From NCBI GenBank assembly GCA_050013935.1, contig JBEKEH010000004.1:6779-70778 (forward strand): a stretch of DNA of 64,000 nucleotides. The letters are read 5' to 3'. Positions 43,640 through 55,846 of this stretch are shown here, piece after piece. This DNA is from Gaiellaceae bacterium. GTDB lineage: Bacteria; Actinomycetota; Thermoleophilia; Gaiellales; Gaiellaceae. The translations under genes were made by a program, and so were the position numbers. Under the pieces are notes generated by a model, which saw only the letters and a list, made by a program, of their open reading frames with translations, did not search any database and was not told where the DNA came from. How positions within the stretch are numbered: position 1 is the stretch's first letter; every line of letters starts with the position of its first letter.

Positions 43640-44601
43640 AGCGGCTACTTCTCGTGGCGGCCGTCGCGCTCGCCGCCGCGACGCCTGCGGTGGCGGCCTT
43701 GCCGATCATGCCCTCCGGCTCGGTGGTGGGCGAAGGCTTGCCGCTGAAGGCGTACACCACCCTCACCCCGCAGGTGCACCTCTTCGGCGACGCGGTTGTC
43801 GCCCGCGTCGCGGTCATCGCGGACACGAAATGGATCGACCCGGCGCGTCTGCGGGTGACGACGAGCTTCAAGCCGTACGAGCCGGCGGCGAAGCCGACGG
43901 TGCTCCGCCTCGAAGTCGGCCGCTTCGCGCAGATCACGTGGACGTGGACGTTGCGCTGCCTCACCTCCCCATGCGTGCCCCGCCTACCGCCGAGCGAGAA
44001 GTTCCACCTCTTCCACTTCTCGCCCGTGCACATCGACTACCTGCGGAAGAACGGCACGCGGTCGTACGGGATCACGGCCAGCTGGCCGCCGGTCGAGGCG
44101 ATCTCGCAGCTGAGCCCCGCGTCCGAGACGGCGCTCGAGGCGTCCGACCGCGTCACCTGGCATTACCACCTCACCCCTGTCGCCTCGCCGACCTTCGCCC
44201 TTTCGCCGAGCCTGCTCTTCTGGCTCGCACTCGGAGTCGGCGCCGCAGCGCTGCTCGCCGCCGCCGGCTTCACGCGCAGCTGGTACCTGATGGTGCGGCC
44301 ACAGCGCGCCGTTTCGGTCGCGGCGGAGACGAGGAGCACGCTCGAGCGCGCCCTGGCGCTGCTCGCGTGGGCGCACGCGCGCGGCGACGAGACACTGCAA
44401 CGGAAGGCGCTCGAGCGCGTCGCGGGGGAGCTCGGCGACGAGGCGCCGCAACCTGGCATCGACGAGCTGTCGCGGACGGCACGCGAGCTCGCATGGTCGA
44501 AGCGCGTGCCCGAGGACGAGGAGGTCGAGACCTTCGCCGAACAGGCTCGCGAGACCGGCCGCCACGCCGACGACGCGCCGGCCGAGGAGAGCGCGGAATG
44601 A
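43636..44601 (+). CDS. hypothetical signal-peptide plus C-terminal-TM protein of the MoxR operon
   Basis: GTG 43636 (GTGA overlap): VKRLLLVAAVALAAATPAVA. TM segment LLFWLALGVGAAALLAAAGF. Acidic tail. Confidence 0.65.
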   Translation: MKRLLLVAAVALAAATPAVAALPIMPSGSVVGEGLPLKAYTTLTPQVHLFGDAVVARVAVIADTKWIDPARLRVTTSFKPYEPAAKPTVLRLEVGRFAQITWTWTLRCLTSPCVPRLPPSEKFHLFHFSPVHIDYLRKNGTRSYGITASWPPVEAISQLSPASETALEASDRVTWHYHLTPVASPTFALSPSLLFWLALGVGAAALLAAAGFTRSWYLMVRPQRAVSVAAETRSTLERALALLAWAHARGDETLQRKALERVAGELGDEAPQPGIDELSRTARELAWSKRVPEDEEVETFAEQARETGRHADDAPAEESAE

Positions 44602-45443
44602 GGCTCGCCTCCCTGCACCGGCGCGGCGCCGTACGGCTCGTCGACCTGCCGCAGCTCCGGCGCCAGGCGACGCGGACGTCGCTCGTGCGCATCGGCCTCG
44701 CGCTCGCCCTTGCGGGCACGCTCGCGGCGATCGTGCTCACGGCCCGCTCGGCGGGCAGCGGCCGCGCGGCCGTGTTCTCGGAGGGGACGAAGACCGGCGT
44801 CGTGGTTCTCGACATGTCGGCGAGCATCTCCGGCCCCGTGTTCGCGCGTGTCGCCACCACCCTGCGCGGCATCGTGAGCGCCAACCAGTCGATCGGGCTC
44901 GTGATGTTCTCCGACACGGCGTACGAGCTGCTGCCGCCGAACTCGCCGCCGGGAGCGCTGCTGCAGTTCGTCCCCTTCTTCGTGCCGGCGCGCTACTCCG
45001 GCGGGACGCCGGTGTTCACGCAGTCGCCGTGGGACGAGTTCAGCGGTGGCACACGCGTCGCAACCGGGCTCATCGCGGGGGAGCAGGCGCTGCACCGCGC
45101 CCATGTGACCCATGGGGCGCTCCTGATCGTGAGCGACCTCGACGACTCCTCCGCCGACCAGCCGGCGCTGACAGCCGAGGCGCTCCGGCTGCACCGGGAG
45201 CACATCCCGGTGCGCATCGTGCCGCTGTTCGCCGACCCCGTGAACGTGCACCTCTTCGCCGCGCTGTTCGGGGAGAAGGCGTTCGTCTCGCCGAGCGTCT
45301 TCACGCACACGGCGAAGCGGCGCGAGCAGGCGGTGGCCGCCTCGGCTCCCTGGAGCCTGCTCGCGCTTGGAGTCGTGCTCGTCCTCCTGCTCGCCGGCAA
45401 CGAGCGGTGGAACGGACGGCTTGCCGTCGCGGGGGCGACATGA
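44598..45443 (+). CDS. VWA domain membrane protein (BatA-like)
   Basis: ATG 44598 (ATGA overlap). MIDAS-like VVVLDMSASIS. N- and C-terminal TM segments. Confidence 0.8.
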   Translation: MRLASLHRRGAVRLVDLPQLRRQATRTSLVRIGLALALAGTLAAIVLTARSAGSGRAAVFSEGTKTGVVVLDMSASISGPVFARVATTLRGIVSANQSIGLVMFSDTAYELLPPNSPPGALLQFVPFFVPARYSGGTPVFTQSPWDEFSGGTRVATGLIAGEQALHRAHVTHGALLIVSDLDDSSADQPALTAEALRLHREHIPVRIVPLFADPVNVHLFAALFGEKAFVSPSVFTHTAKRREQAVAASAPWSLLALGVVLVLLLAGNERWNGRLAVAGAT

Positions 45444-46078
45444 CGCTGCTGCGCCGCCACCGGGCAGGGATCGTCGGGCTCGTGTTCGCCGTCGTTGCGC
45501 TCGTCTTCGTCCTGCTCGCCGTCGACGCGCGGGCCTGGCGCACGACCGTGGCGCGCGACGATCTCCGCTTCCGCGCCATACCGGTGCACCGGAAGCTCTG
45601 GCAGCCGCCCACGCTCCTGCCCGGCGACCCGGCCGGCGCCCTGCTCGGGACCGGCGACACGGTCACCTACCGGCGAGCCCTCCAGCTCTTCTGGTTCAGC
45701 CGCATCGGCGCCGACCCGGAGTCGCGGGAGGACCTGCCGACCGTCCGCGCGCAGTTAGCGGAGACCCTCCAGGAGCTGACGACCTCCGGCACGAGCGCGC
45801 AGGAGCGGTCGGGCGCCGCGAACCTTCTCGGCGTGCTCGTCGTGACCACGCCCGCGCCCGGCACCGACAGGACCGGCCTCGAGCAGCTGCTGCGCCACGC
45901 GGCCGGCTACTTCCAGCGCGCGATCGCGCTCGACCCAGGCAACCGCGACGCGAAGCAGAACCTCGAGCTCGTGCTGCGCCTGCGCAAGCCGGGCAAGGGC
46001 AAGATCGGTCACGACGCCCGCGCCGGCTACGGCTTCGGCCGCGGCCGCGGCGCGACCGTCATCGGCAGCGGGTACTAG
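45440..46078 (+). CDS. TM protein with TPR-like C-terminus (BatC-like)
   Basis: ATG 45440 (ATGA overlap): GIVGLVFAVVALVFVLLAV; AAGYFQRAIALDPGNRDAKQNLELVL. Confidence 0.65.
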   Translation: MTLLRRHRAGIVGLVFAVVALVFVLLAVDARAWRTTVARDDLRFRAIPVHRKLWQPPTLLPGDPAGALLGTGDTVTYRRALQLFWFSRIGADPESREDLPTVRAQLAETLQELTTSGTSAQERSGAANLLGVLVVTTPAPGTDRTGLEQLLRHAAGYFQRAIALDPGNRDAKQNLELVLRLRKPGKGKIGHDARAGYGFGRGRGATVIGSGY

Positions 46079-47057
46079 TGCCGATGCTCGCGCTGTTCGG
46101 CGTCTCCTTCCTCACTCCGCTCGACGCGCTGTTCGCGCTGGCGGCCGCAGTCCCGCTCGTCGCGCTGCTGCTGACGGAGCGACGGTCGGCCCGGGTGCGG
46201 CGCCTGTTCGGGGCGCCCGGCCCCGGGCGGCGGCAGCTCATCGCAGCGGCGGCCGCGCTCGTCGTGCTCACCGCGCTCGTCGCCGTCGCGGCCGCGCAGC
46301 CGGTCGTCGTACGCGAGCAGCTTGTCAGCGAGCGCGCCGACGCGCAGGCCTTCTTCGTCTTCGACACGTCGCTCTCGATGCAGGCCGCAGGCGGAGTCGG
46401 ACAGCCGACGCGGCTCGCGCGCGCCAAGCGCGTCGCGCTGCGGCTGCGAGGGTCGCTGCCCGACGTGCCGATCGGCATCGCGTCGATGACCGACCGGGCG
46501 CTTCCGGACCTGATGCCGACGACCGACCCGACGCTGTTCGCGCGCACGCTCAGCCAGTCGGTCGGCATCGACCGCCCGCCGCCGAGCCAGGTCTACAACG
46601 GGCGCGCAACGACGTTCGAGGCGCTCGTGCCGCTCGTCGGATCGCACTTCTTCTCCCCCGGTGTCGAGCGGCGGCTGCTCGTGGTCTTCACCGACGGCGA
46701 GTCGGCGAAGGTCTCGCCGCTTTTCGAGCCCACGATCCAGCGGCGCGTGACGCCGATCTACGTTCACGTCTGGGCCCCGGGCGAGCTGATCTACGACCGC
46801 GCCGGCGGCCGCAAGCCGGATCCCGGCTACGCGTCCGACCCGACCAGCTCGCAGGCGCTGATCGAGTTGGCCGCGACCACCGGCGGCCAGGCCTACGACG
46901 AGACGCAGATCGGGCAGATCGAGCGCGCGATGCGAAACGCGGTCGGCTTCGCGGGCTCACAGACTCGCGTCGACTCGTACGCTCGCGTCGCGCTGGCGCC
47001 GTGGTTCGTGCTCGGCGGCATCCTCCCGCTCGGCTTCCTGCTCTACCGCAGAAACTT

Positions 47058-47061
<4 letters not shown>
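46078..47061 (+). CDS. VWA domain membrane protein (BatA/BatB-like)
   Basis: GTG 46078 (or ATG 46084). FFVFDTSLSM is a MIDAS motif. C-terminal TM segment WFVLGGILPLGFLLY. Confidence 0.8.
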
Positions 47062-50570
<3,509 letters not shown>

Positions 50571-50688
50571 GGCACAAGCGTCGCGGAGGTGCCTCCGAGC
50601 TGCATCGGTGGACGCCTCGGAGCACGTTCGTACTAGCCCGCAGCCTTTCCAGAGCCTGGATCCAGGAGGCGTGCGAACGGCGAGTTTC

Positions 50689-50731
50689 GGCGCCTGCGCG
50701 GCGGATCTCGGATCCGCGCCGCACAGGCGCC
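50689..50731 (-). terminator. long imperfect hairpin downstream of the metalloprotease gene
   Basis: GGCGCCTGCGCGGCGGATC-tcg-GATCCGCGCCGCACAGGCGCC (one mismatch, one bulge), 6 nt after the stop at 50737. Confidence 0.45.
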
Positions 50732-50736
50732 GGAGC

Positions 50737-51399
50737 CTACCGCGTCTGATACGTAAGCGCCGCGAGCGTCGCGGTCGGCGCGCCGAGGAACTGGGCCAGC
50801 AGCGCCCTGAAATGGTCGGCGGGCATGCCGGCCGCTTCGTCGCCCGGCGAGGCAGGCCGCATGCAGTTCTGGGGCGAAGGCCAGTACGCCCACGCGAGCT
50901 CGGACGCGAAGCGCTCGCAGCCGTAGGCGGCGTGGGGAAGTCCGGGCACGCCGTAGCACCAGTCCTCGGCGCCGAGCCGCGCGGTCAGACCCACCCGCTC
51001 GGCGTCGGTGAGGAGGAGGAAGTCGACCTGGTGGCCGAACTCGTGCAGGACGACGCCCCACGAGAACTCTCCCGCATCGAGCAGCGACGCGTCGAGATAG
51101 ACGTTGCGAGGCGTCGCGTAGGAGGCGCCGACGCTGCCGATGTGCACCGTGATCTGGGGGAGGAGGCTCCAGTCGAAGCTCGACGCGTCGAGCGCCCCCT
51201 GCACCTGCTCACGCTCGCCGGGCGTTCCGCCGGCGAACACGACGTGTCCGCCCGCGGCGAGGGCCGCCGGTGCGAAGCCGGCTGCGAGGGCGAGGCCGGC
51301 GAGCGTGGCACAAGAGACGAGCCGCACGGGCCGGAGCGCCCCGCGCCAGAGCGCCCGGAACAGGCGCCCCACCGCCTGCCGCCACCACCGCTCCCCCAT
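50737..51399 (-). CDS. putative secreted zinc metalloprotease (HExxH)
   Basis: ORF 50737..51399. TM/signal segment LVSCATLAGLALAAGFAPAALAA. Motif VVLHEFGHQVDF. Confidence 0.7.
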   Translation of the reverse strand: MGERWWRQAVGRLFRALWRGALRPVRLVSCATLAGLALAAGFAPAALAAGGHVVFAGGTPGEREQVQGALDASSFDWSLLPQITVHIGSVGASYATPRNVYLDASLLDAGEFSWGVVLHEFGHQVDFLLLTDAERVGLTARLGAEDWCYGVPGLPHAAYGCERFASELAWAYWPSPQNCMRPASPGDEAAGMPADHFRALLAQFLGAPTATLAALTYQTR

Positions 51400-51491
51400 G
51401 GTGAGCCACGCTACGACTCTTCATGCCGAAAGTCCACCTCCCCCGAACGGGTTATGGAGGTAAGGACCAGCCCAGCTTCACGTGACCGGCG

Positions 51492-51890
51492 TCAGCCGAC
51501 CTTGCGCAGTGAATGCGTCGTGAGCACGAGGCGCCGGCCTGCGCACGCCTCGCGAACGGGCGTGAGTCGCAGCAAGCCGCCCTTGAGTGACCAGCGATAG
51601 GTACCCGTCGCCTGGGCCGGGCTGCAGGCCAAGGGGCCGCTCTCGTCGACGAACGTGATCGTGGTCGCCGTCTGCGTCTCGTGCCCGCGCGCGAGCACGA
51701 CCCCGTTGCGCTTCGTCGTGTAGCCGCCGCCCGGCTGCAGGGTGAGCCTCCAGGTGCCGTCGAGCTGCTTCGTAGGAGCGTTCGCAATCACGGTCTGGAA
51801 CGTCCCCTGCAGCGGCCCGGCGACGGCGGCGGTCGCGGCCGCGGCCGCGACGAGCGTGGCGGCTCCGCAGGCGACGAGTAGACGCAACAT
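51492..51890 (-). CDS. hypothetical secreted protein
   Basis: ORF 51492..51890: MLRLLVACGAATLVAAAAATAAVAGP signal peptide. No family recognised. Confidence 0.55.
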   Translation of the reverse strand: MLRLLVACGAATLVAAAAATAAVAGPLQGTFQTVIANAPTKQLDGTWRLTLQPGGGYTTKRNGVVLARGHETQTATTITFVDESGPLACSPAQATGTYRWSLKGGLLRLTPVREACAGRRLVLTTHSLRKVG

Positions 51891-52001
51891 CGACTTCTCA
51901 CCCTACTCCCACAACACTCGCGGGAAAACACGGATGGGCAAGCCGTGCGCCTGGTCCGATACTTGGACAATCATCGAAGCATCGAAATAGGAGAAGAGGC
52001 G

Positions 52002-52289
52002 GTGGACGATCTGGCAGTGGTGTTTCGGGCGCTGTCCGATCCGAACCGGCTCGCGATCTACCGGCTGATCCGGGATCGGGAGCACAGGTCGGTCGCGGAG
52101 CTCGAGCGGAGCATCTCGGCGCTCGCGCGCGAGTTCGACCTCTCACTCTCGACCGTGTCTCATCACGTGAAGGAGCTCCGGCAGGCCGGGCTCATCCAGT
52201 GCGTGAAGCGCGGGCAGACCGTCTACTGCGAGCCGGATCCGGCGGCGCTCGAGGCGATCGATCGGTTCCTCGGCGAGGACCGGAGCTGA
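52002..52289 (+). CDS. ArsR/SmtB family transcriptional regulator
   Basis: GTG 52002 after AGGAGAAGAGG, within ORF 51945..52289: FRALSDPNRLAIYRLI...LSTVSHHVKELRQAGLI. Confidence 0.85.
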   Translation: MDDLAVVFRALSDPNRLAIYRLIRDREHRSVAELERSISALAREFDLSLSTVSHHVKELRQAGLIQCVKRGQTVYCEPDPAALEAIDRFLGEDRS

Positions 52290-52362
52290 GATGTGCCCGG
52301 AAACGTTGCGTTGAGCTGAGCGGCGCTCGCGCGCGCCGCGTGCGGAGAGGAGGCTCGAGACC

Positions 52363-52701
52363 ATGTCGACTCAGAATCCGAACGAGAAGGATGCGCTGCG
52401 AGAGTGGGCAAAGAAGCGCGTCGAGCTGCGCCGCAAGCTGAGGCTGCGCATCGCGGCGTTCGTGCTCGGGATGCTCGTCCTGACGCCCGTCTGGGCGGTC
52501 GGGGAGTATCTGAGCTCGGGCGGCTGGCCGCAGCGGTTGAGCCCAAACGACAACCCCGGCGACTGGAGCCCGTGGATCATCTGGGTCGCGCTCGCTTGGG
52601 GCTTCTACGTCGCGCTGAGCGCGGTCGTGATCCACTTCCACCGGCCGGTGAACGACCGCGAGGTCGAACGCGAACTCGAGCGACTGCTCGCGCGACGCTG
52701 A
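52363..52701 (+). CDS. 2TM-domain membrane protein
   Basis: ORF 52363..52701: KKRVELRRKLRLRIAAFVLGMLVLTPVWAV...WIIWVALAWGFYVALSAV. SD GGAGAGGAGG. Confidence 0.7.
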   Translation: MSTQNPNEKDALREWAKKRVELRRKLRLRIAAFVLGMLVLTPVWAVGEYLSSGGWPQRLSPNDNPGDWSPWIIWVALAWGFYVALSAVVIHFHRPVNDREVERELERLLARR

Positions 52702-52753
52702 GCGAGGTCCGTGTCCGTCGCGCGCCATCGCAGCTCAGCCGAAGGCCATGAGC

Positions 52754-52780
52754 GCCGCGCCCGACATGCGCGGGCGCGGC
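52754..52780. terminator. 10-bp GC hairpin
   Basis: GCCGCGCCCG-acatgcg-CGGGCGCGGC, 53 nt after the 2TM gene stop. Confidence 0.4.
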
Positions 52781-52803
52781 ACACCGCCGCCCGCCGCTAG
52801 CCA

Positions 52804-52850
52804 AAGAAGGGGGCCCACGGGGGAAACATGGTTTCCTCCGTGAAGCGAGC
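52804..52850 (-). repeat. copy B of the ~48-nt hairpin element (copy A at 23387..23434)
   Basis: aagaagggggccCACGGGGGAAACatGGTTTCCTCCGTGaagcgagc. In minus orientation the hairpin is followed by GGGCCCCCTTCTTTGG. Confidence 0.6.
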
Positions 52851-52874
52851 GAGTCGCCCGGAGGGCGGCTCGCT
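52848..52874 (-). terminator. 12-bp hairpin immediately 3' of tRNA-Cys
   Basis: AGCGAGTCGCCC-gga-GGGCGGCTCGCT (one G-T pair). Confidence 0.45.
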
Positions 52875-52882
52875 ATGCGACA

Positions 52883-52953
52883 AGGCGCCTACCGGAGTCG
52901 AACCGGTGTACCAGGTTTTGCAGACCTGTGCCTAGCCACTCGGCCAAGGCGCC
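52883..52953 (-). tRNA. tRNA-Cys (anticodon GCA)
   Basis: Reverse complement: GGCGCCUUGGCCGAGUGGCUAGGCACAGGUCUGCAAAACCUGGUACACCGGUUCGACUCCGGUAGGCGCCU. It folds by hand into a 7-bp acceptor stem, a CAGGU/ACCUG anticodon stem with loop CUGCAAA, and a T arm ACCGG-UUCGACU-CCGGU. Discriminator is U. No CCA is encoded. Confidence 0.95.
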
Positions 52954-52983
52954 CGGCGGGCTCCATCGTACCGGCGGGCCGGG

Positions 52984-54765
52984 CTAGCCCAGGACGTCGT
53001 CGAGGAAGGCGACGGCGCGCGTGAACGCGTCGATCCGGTTCGGGAGCTTCTCGATGATGTGGCCCTCGTCCTCGTAGACGACCAGCTCGCAGCGGATGCC
53101 CTTCTGCGTCAGCACGGCATAGATGTGCTCCGACTCGGACAGCGGCACGCGCGGGTCGTTCGCGCCGTGCTGGATGAAGAGCGGTGCGCGGATCGCGTCG
53201 ATGTGCGTCATCGGCGACGCCTCGACGAGGAAGTCCCGGTCGTGCTCGAGCGAGCCGTACTCGCGCTCGCGCGCTGCGCGCCGCCACGACGAGGTGTTCT
53301 CGAGGAACGTGACGAGGCTCGAGATGCCCACCATCTCGATGCCGGCCGCCCACCGCTCCGGCTGGAACGCGAGCCCGGCCAGCACCATGTAACCGCCGTA
53401 CGAGCGGCCGTACAGCACCGCGCGGGACGCGTCGATCTCCGGCCGCGCCCCCAGCCAGTCGTGCAGCGACGCGAGGTCGCGCACCGAGTCGAGCCGCAGG
53501 CGCCCGTCGTCGAGATGCTCGAAGCGCTTGCCGTAGCCGGTAGAGCCGCGCACGTTCGGCGCCGCAACCGCGTACCCGCGCGCGACGAGGTACTGCGTCA
53601 GCGGCGCAAAGCTCTGCGCGAACCACGGCCGCCACTGCACCTCCGGGCCGCCGTGCACGGTGACGACGACCGGGAACGGCCCGTCGCCCTCGGGCTCGAA
53701 AAGGTAAACCGGGATCGACTCGCCGTCGAAGCTACCGAAGCGGTGCAGCTCGGGCTCCACGAGAGTCGCAGGGTCGACGTTGCTCGAGCTCTTCGTCAGC
53801 CGCGACAGCGCGCGCGCGTCGAGGTCGTACACGAAGACGTCGTGCGGCTCCGTGGGACGCGAGAAGGCGACGGCGAGCAGCGAGCCGTCCGGTGAGAAGG
53901 TGGGCTGCTCGACGACGCCGTACGGGAGCACCACCTCGTCGCGCAGCTCGAGCGTGCGCGCGTCGTACAACTCGAGCCGCGAGCGGCCGTCCTCGTTCGC
54001 CGCGACGAGCATGGTGCGGCCGACGTCGTCGAGCACGCAGTCGAGATCCCAGCGCGACTCGAGCACCGTCTCCCACCCCCGCGCCGCAACGTCGTAGCGG
54101 CCGATCGCGAACGTGTCGCGCCCCTCGCTCGTCGCGGCGAAGAACCCAGAGGAGTCCGGCAGCCACCACGGCACGCCGTACTCGGCCTCGCCCGCGTGCG
54201 GCGTCGCGTGCACGACCTCGCCGCTCTCGGCGCCGAGCAGGTACAGGTCCATGTCGCCGCTGCGCCCGCCGAGCCGGCCCGCTGCGACCCAGTGGCCGTC
54301 CGGCGAGATGGAGAGCGTTTCCCACCAGCCGCCGAGCTCGAAGGCCCGCTCCTCCCCCGTGTCGAGCCTGCGCACGACGACGTCGAAGTCGACCCCGTTG
54401 CGCCGGTTCGTCGCATAGGCGAGGAGCGTGCAGTCGCGGCTGACGTGCGGCGAGCGGTGGATGAAGCGCGGGTCGACGACGAGCGGCTCCGGCTCGGCGC
54501 CCGGCTCGGCGTCGAGCAGGTACAGCTGCGTGCGCTCGTTCCCGCCCTCGTCGATCTCGAGCAGGATCCGCCCGTTCCTCAGCAGCCGGCCCGACACCGG
54601 CTCGGGGAAGTCGGTCAGCTGGCACAGCGCGCCACCGCGGACGGGGACGAGGAACAGCTGGCGCGTTCCGGGGAGGTTGGAGTCGATGAGCAGCGCGGCG
54701 CCGTCTCTGGAAAACGAGAGTGGCGTCGCCTGCCGCAACTCGAGCAGCGTCCGCAGTTCCAACAT
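52984..54765 (-). CDS. S9 prolyl-oligopeptidase family serine peptidase
   Basis: C-terminal 593 aa of ORF 52984..55722, starting MLELRTLLELRQATPLSF. Beta-propeller-like N-terminal half. GRSYGGYM nucleophile elbow, and ...DEGH. Confidence 0.92.
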   Translation of the reverse strand: MLELRTLLELRQATPLSFSRDGAALLIDSNLPGTRQLFLVPVRGGALCQLTDFPEPVSGRLLRNGRILLEIDEGGNERTQLYLLDAEPGAEPEPLVVDPRFIHRSPHVSRDCTLLAYATNRRNGVDFDVVVRRLDTGEERAFELGGWWETLSISPDGHWVAAGRLGGRSGDMDLYLLGAESGEVVHATPHAGEAEYGVPWWLPDSSGFFAATSEGRDTFAIGRYDVAARGWETVLESRWDLDCVLDDVGRTMLVAANEDGRSRLELYDARTLELRDEVVLPYGVVEQPTFSPDGSLLAVAFSRPTEPHDVFVYDLDARALSRLTKSSSNVDPATLVEPELHRFGSFDGESIPVYLFEPEGDGPFPVVVTVHGGPEVQWRPWFAQSFAPLTQYLVARGYAVAAPNVRGSTGYGKRFEHLDDGRLRLDSVRDLASLHDWLGARPEIDASRAVLYGRSYGGYMVLAGLAFQPERWAAGIEMVGISSLVTFLENTSSWRRAAREREYGSLEHDRDFLVEASPMTHIDAIRAPLFIQHGANDPRVPLSESEHIYAVLTQKGIRCELVVYEDEGHIIEKLPNRIDAFTRAVAFLDDVLG

Positions 54766-54797
54766 CCGCCCGCCGAGAATAGTCGGACGGCGCTGGG

Positions 54798-55817
54798 TCA
54801 GGCGTTCACACCGGCAAAGACGGGGATGATCCCGTCCCCGTATGCGGCCAGCGTCTCCTCCTGTCCGTGGGTCATCAGGTAGACGTTGAACTGGTCGACG
54901 CCGACCGCCTCGAGCTCCTGAAGCTTCCCCTTGATCTGGTCGGTGTTGCCGAGCACGCAGAAGCGGTCGCAGATCTCGTCGGTGACGAACTCGCCGTGCT
55001 TCGCGCCGACGCGCGAGTGCTCGTCGTAGTCGTAGAACTTCCGCGCCTGGACGAAGTCCGTGAGCGCCTTCGGCACCGAGCTGCCGTCCGCGCCGTAGCG
55101 CTCGATCAGGTCCATGACGTGGTTCGACACCATCGCCGGGAACCAGCGCACCTGCTCGCGGGCGTCGGCGAGGTCGTCGGAGACGTGGCTCGGCGCGCCG
55201 ACGATGCACTTCAGCTGCGCCGGGTCGCGCCCAGCCTCCTCGGCCGCCCTGCGCGCGGTGTCCATGATCCAGCTGATGATCTCGGGGTCGGCGAGCTGGA
55301 TGATCACGCCGTCGCCGACGTGGCCCGCGACGGCGAGCGCCTTCGGCCCGTAGCCCGCGACCCACATCGGGATCTGCGGCAGCTCCGGCCGTACCCACTT
55401 CAGCTGCAGGTCCTTGTCGTTCCAGTTCACCTCGCGGCCGTTCATGAACTCGCGGATCATCGCGATCCGCCGTTCGAACTCCGCCACGCGCACGGGCTGC
55501 TGGCCGATGTAGCGGCGCGCGGAGTCGCCGCGGCCGATGCCCATCGCCATGCGCCCGTCCGAGAGGTCGTGCAGCGTCGCGTAGGCGCTCGCGAGCACGG
55601 TCGGGTCGCGCGTGCCCGGGTTGGTGACGAAGTGGCCCAGCCTGATCTTCGACGTCTCCCGCGCGGCGACTGCGAGCAGCGGGATCGACTCCTGCCAGAG
55701 GACGTGCGAGTCGTACGTCCACGCGTACTCGAACCCGTGCTGCTCGGCGAGCTTGATCAGCTCGAGGAAGCGAGCGTACGGCGGGTCGGGCAGGACGGTG
55801 ACGCCGAAGCTGAGCAT
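54798..55817 (-). CDS. LLM-class (luciferase-like) F420-dependent oxidoreductase
   Basis: C-terminal 339 aa of ORF 54798..56510, starting MLSFGVTVLPDPPYARFLELIKLAEQHGFEYAWTYDSH. SD GAAGGAGG. Confidence 0.9.
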   Translation of the reverse strand: MLSFGVTVLPDPPYARFLELIKLAEQHGFEYAWTYDSHVLWQESIPLLAVAARETSKIRLGHFVTNPGTRDPTVLASAYATLHDLSDGRMAMGIGRGDSARRYIGQQPVRVAEFERRIAMIREFMNGREVNWNDKDLQLKWVRPELPQIPMWVAGYGPKALAVAGHVGDGVIIQLADPEIISWIMDTARRAAEEAGRDPAQLKCIVGAPSHVSDDLADAREQVRWFPAMVSNHVMDLIERYGADGSSVPKALTDFVQARKFYDYDEHSRVGAKHGEFVTDEICDRFCVLGNTDQIKGKLQELEAVGVDQFNVYLMTHGQEETLAAYGDGIIPVFAGVNA

Positions 55818-55846
55818 GGAGCCTCCTTCGTCGGAAGGTAGCGAGC

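Noticed and set aside
50655-50666. 12-bp perfect palindrome CCTGGATCCAGG upstream of PFOR.
   Set aside because: It is a single occurrence in the window with no second site or obvious promoter overlap. A 12-bp GC-rich palindrome can occur by chance in 64 kb of biased sequence.
52883-52953. tRNA-Cys as an integration site with a flanking att repeat.
   Set aside because: I looked by eye for a second copy of the tRNA 3' segment (ccggagtcgaacc) and found none. No integrase gene is nearby.
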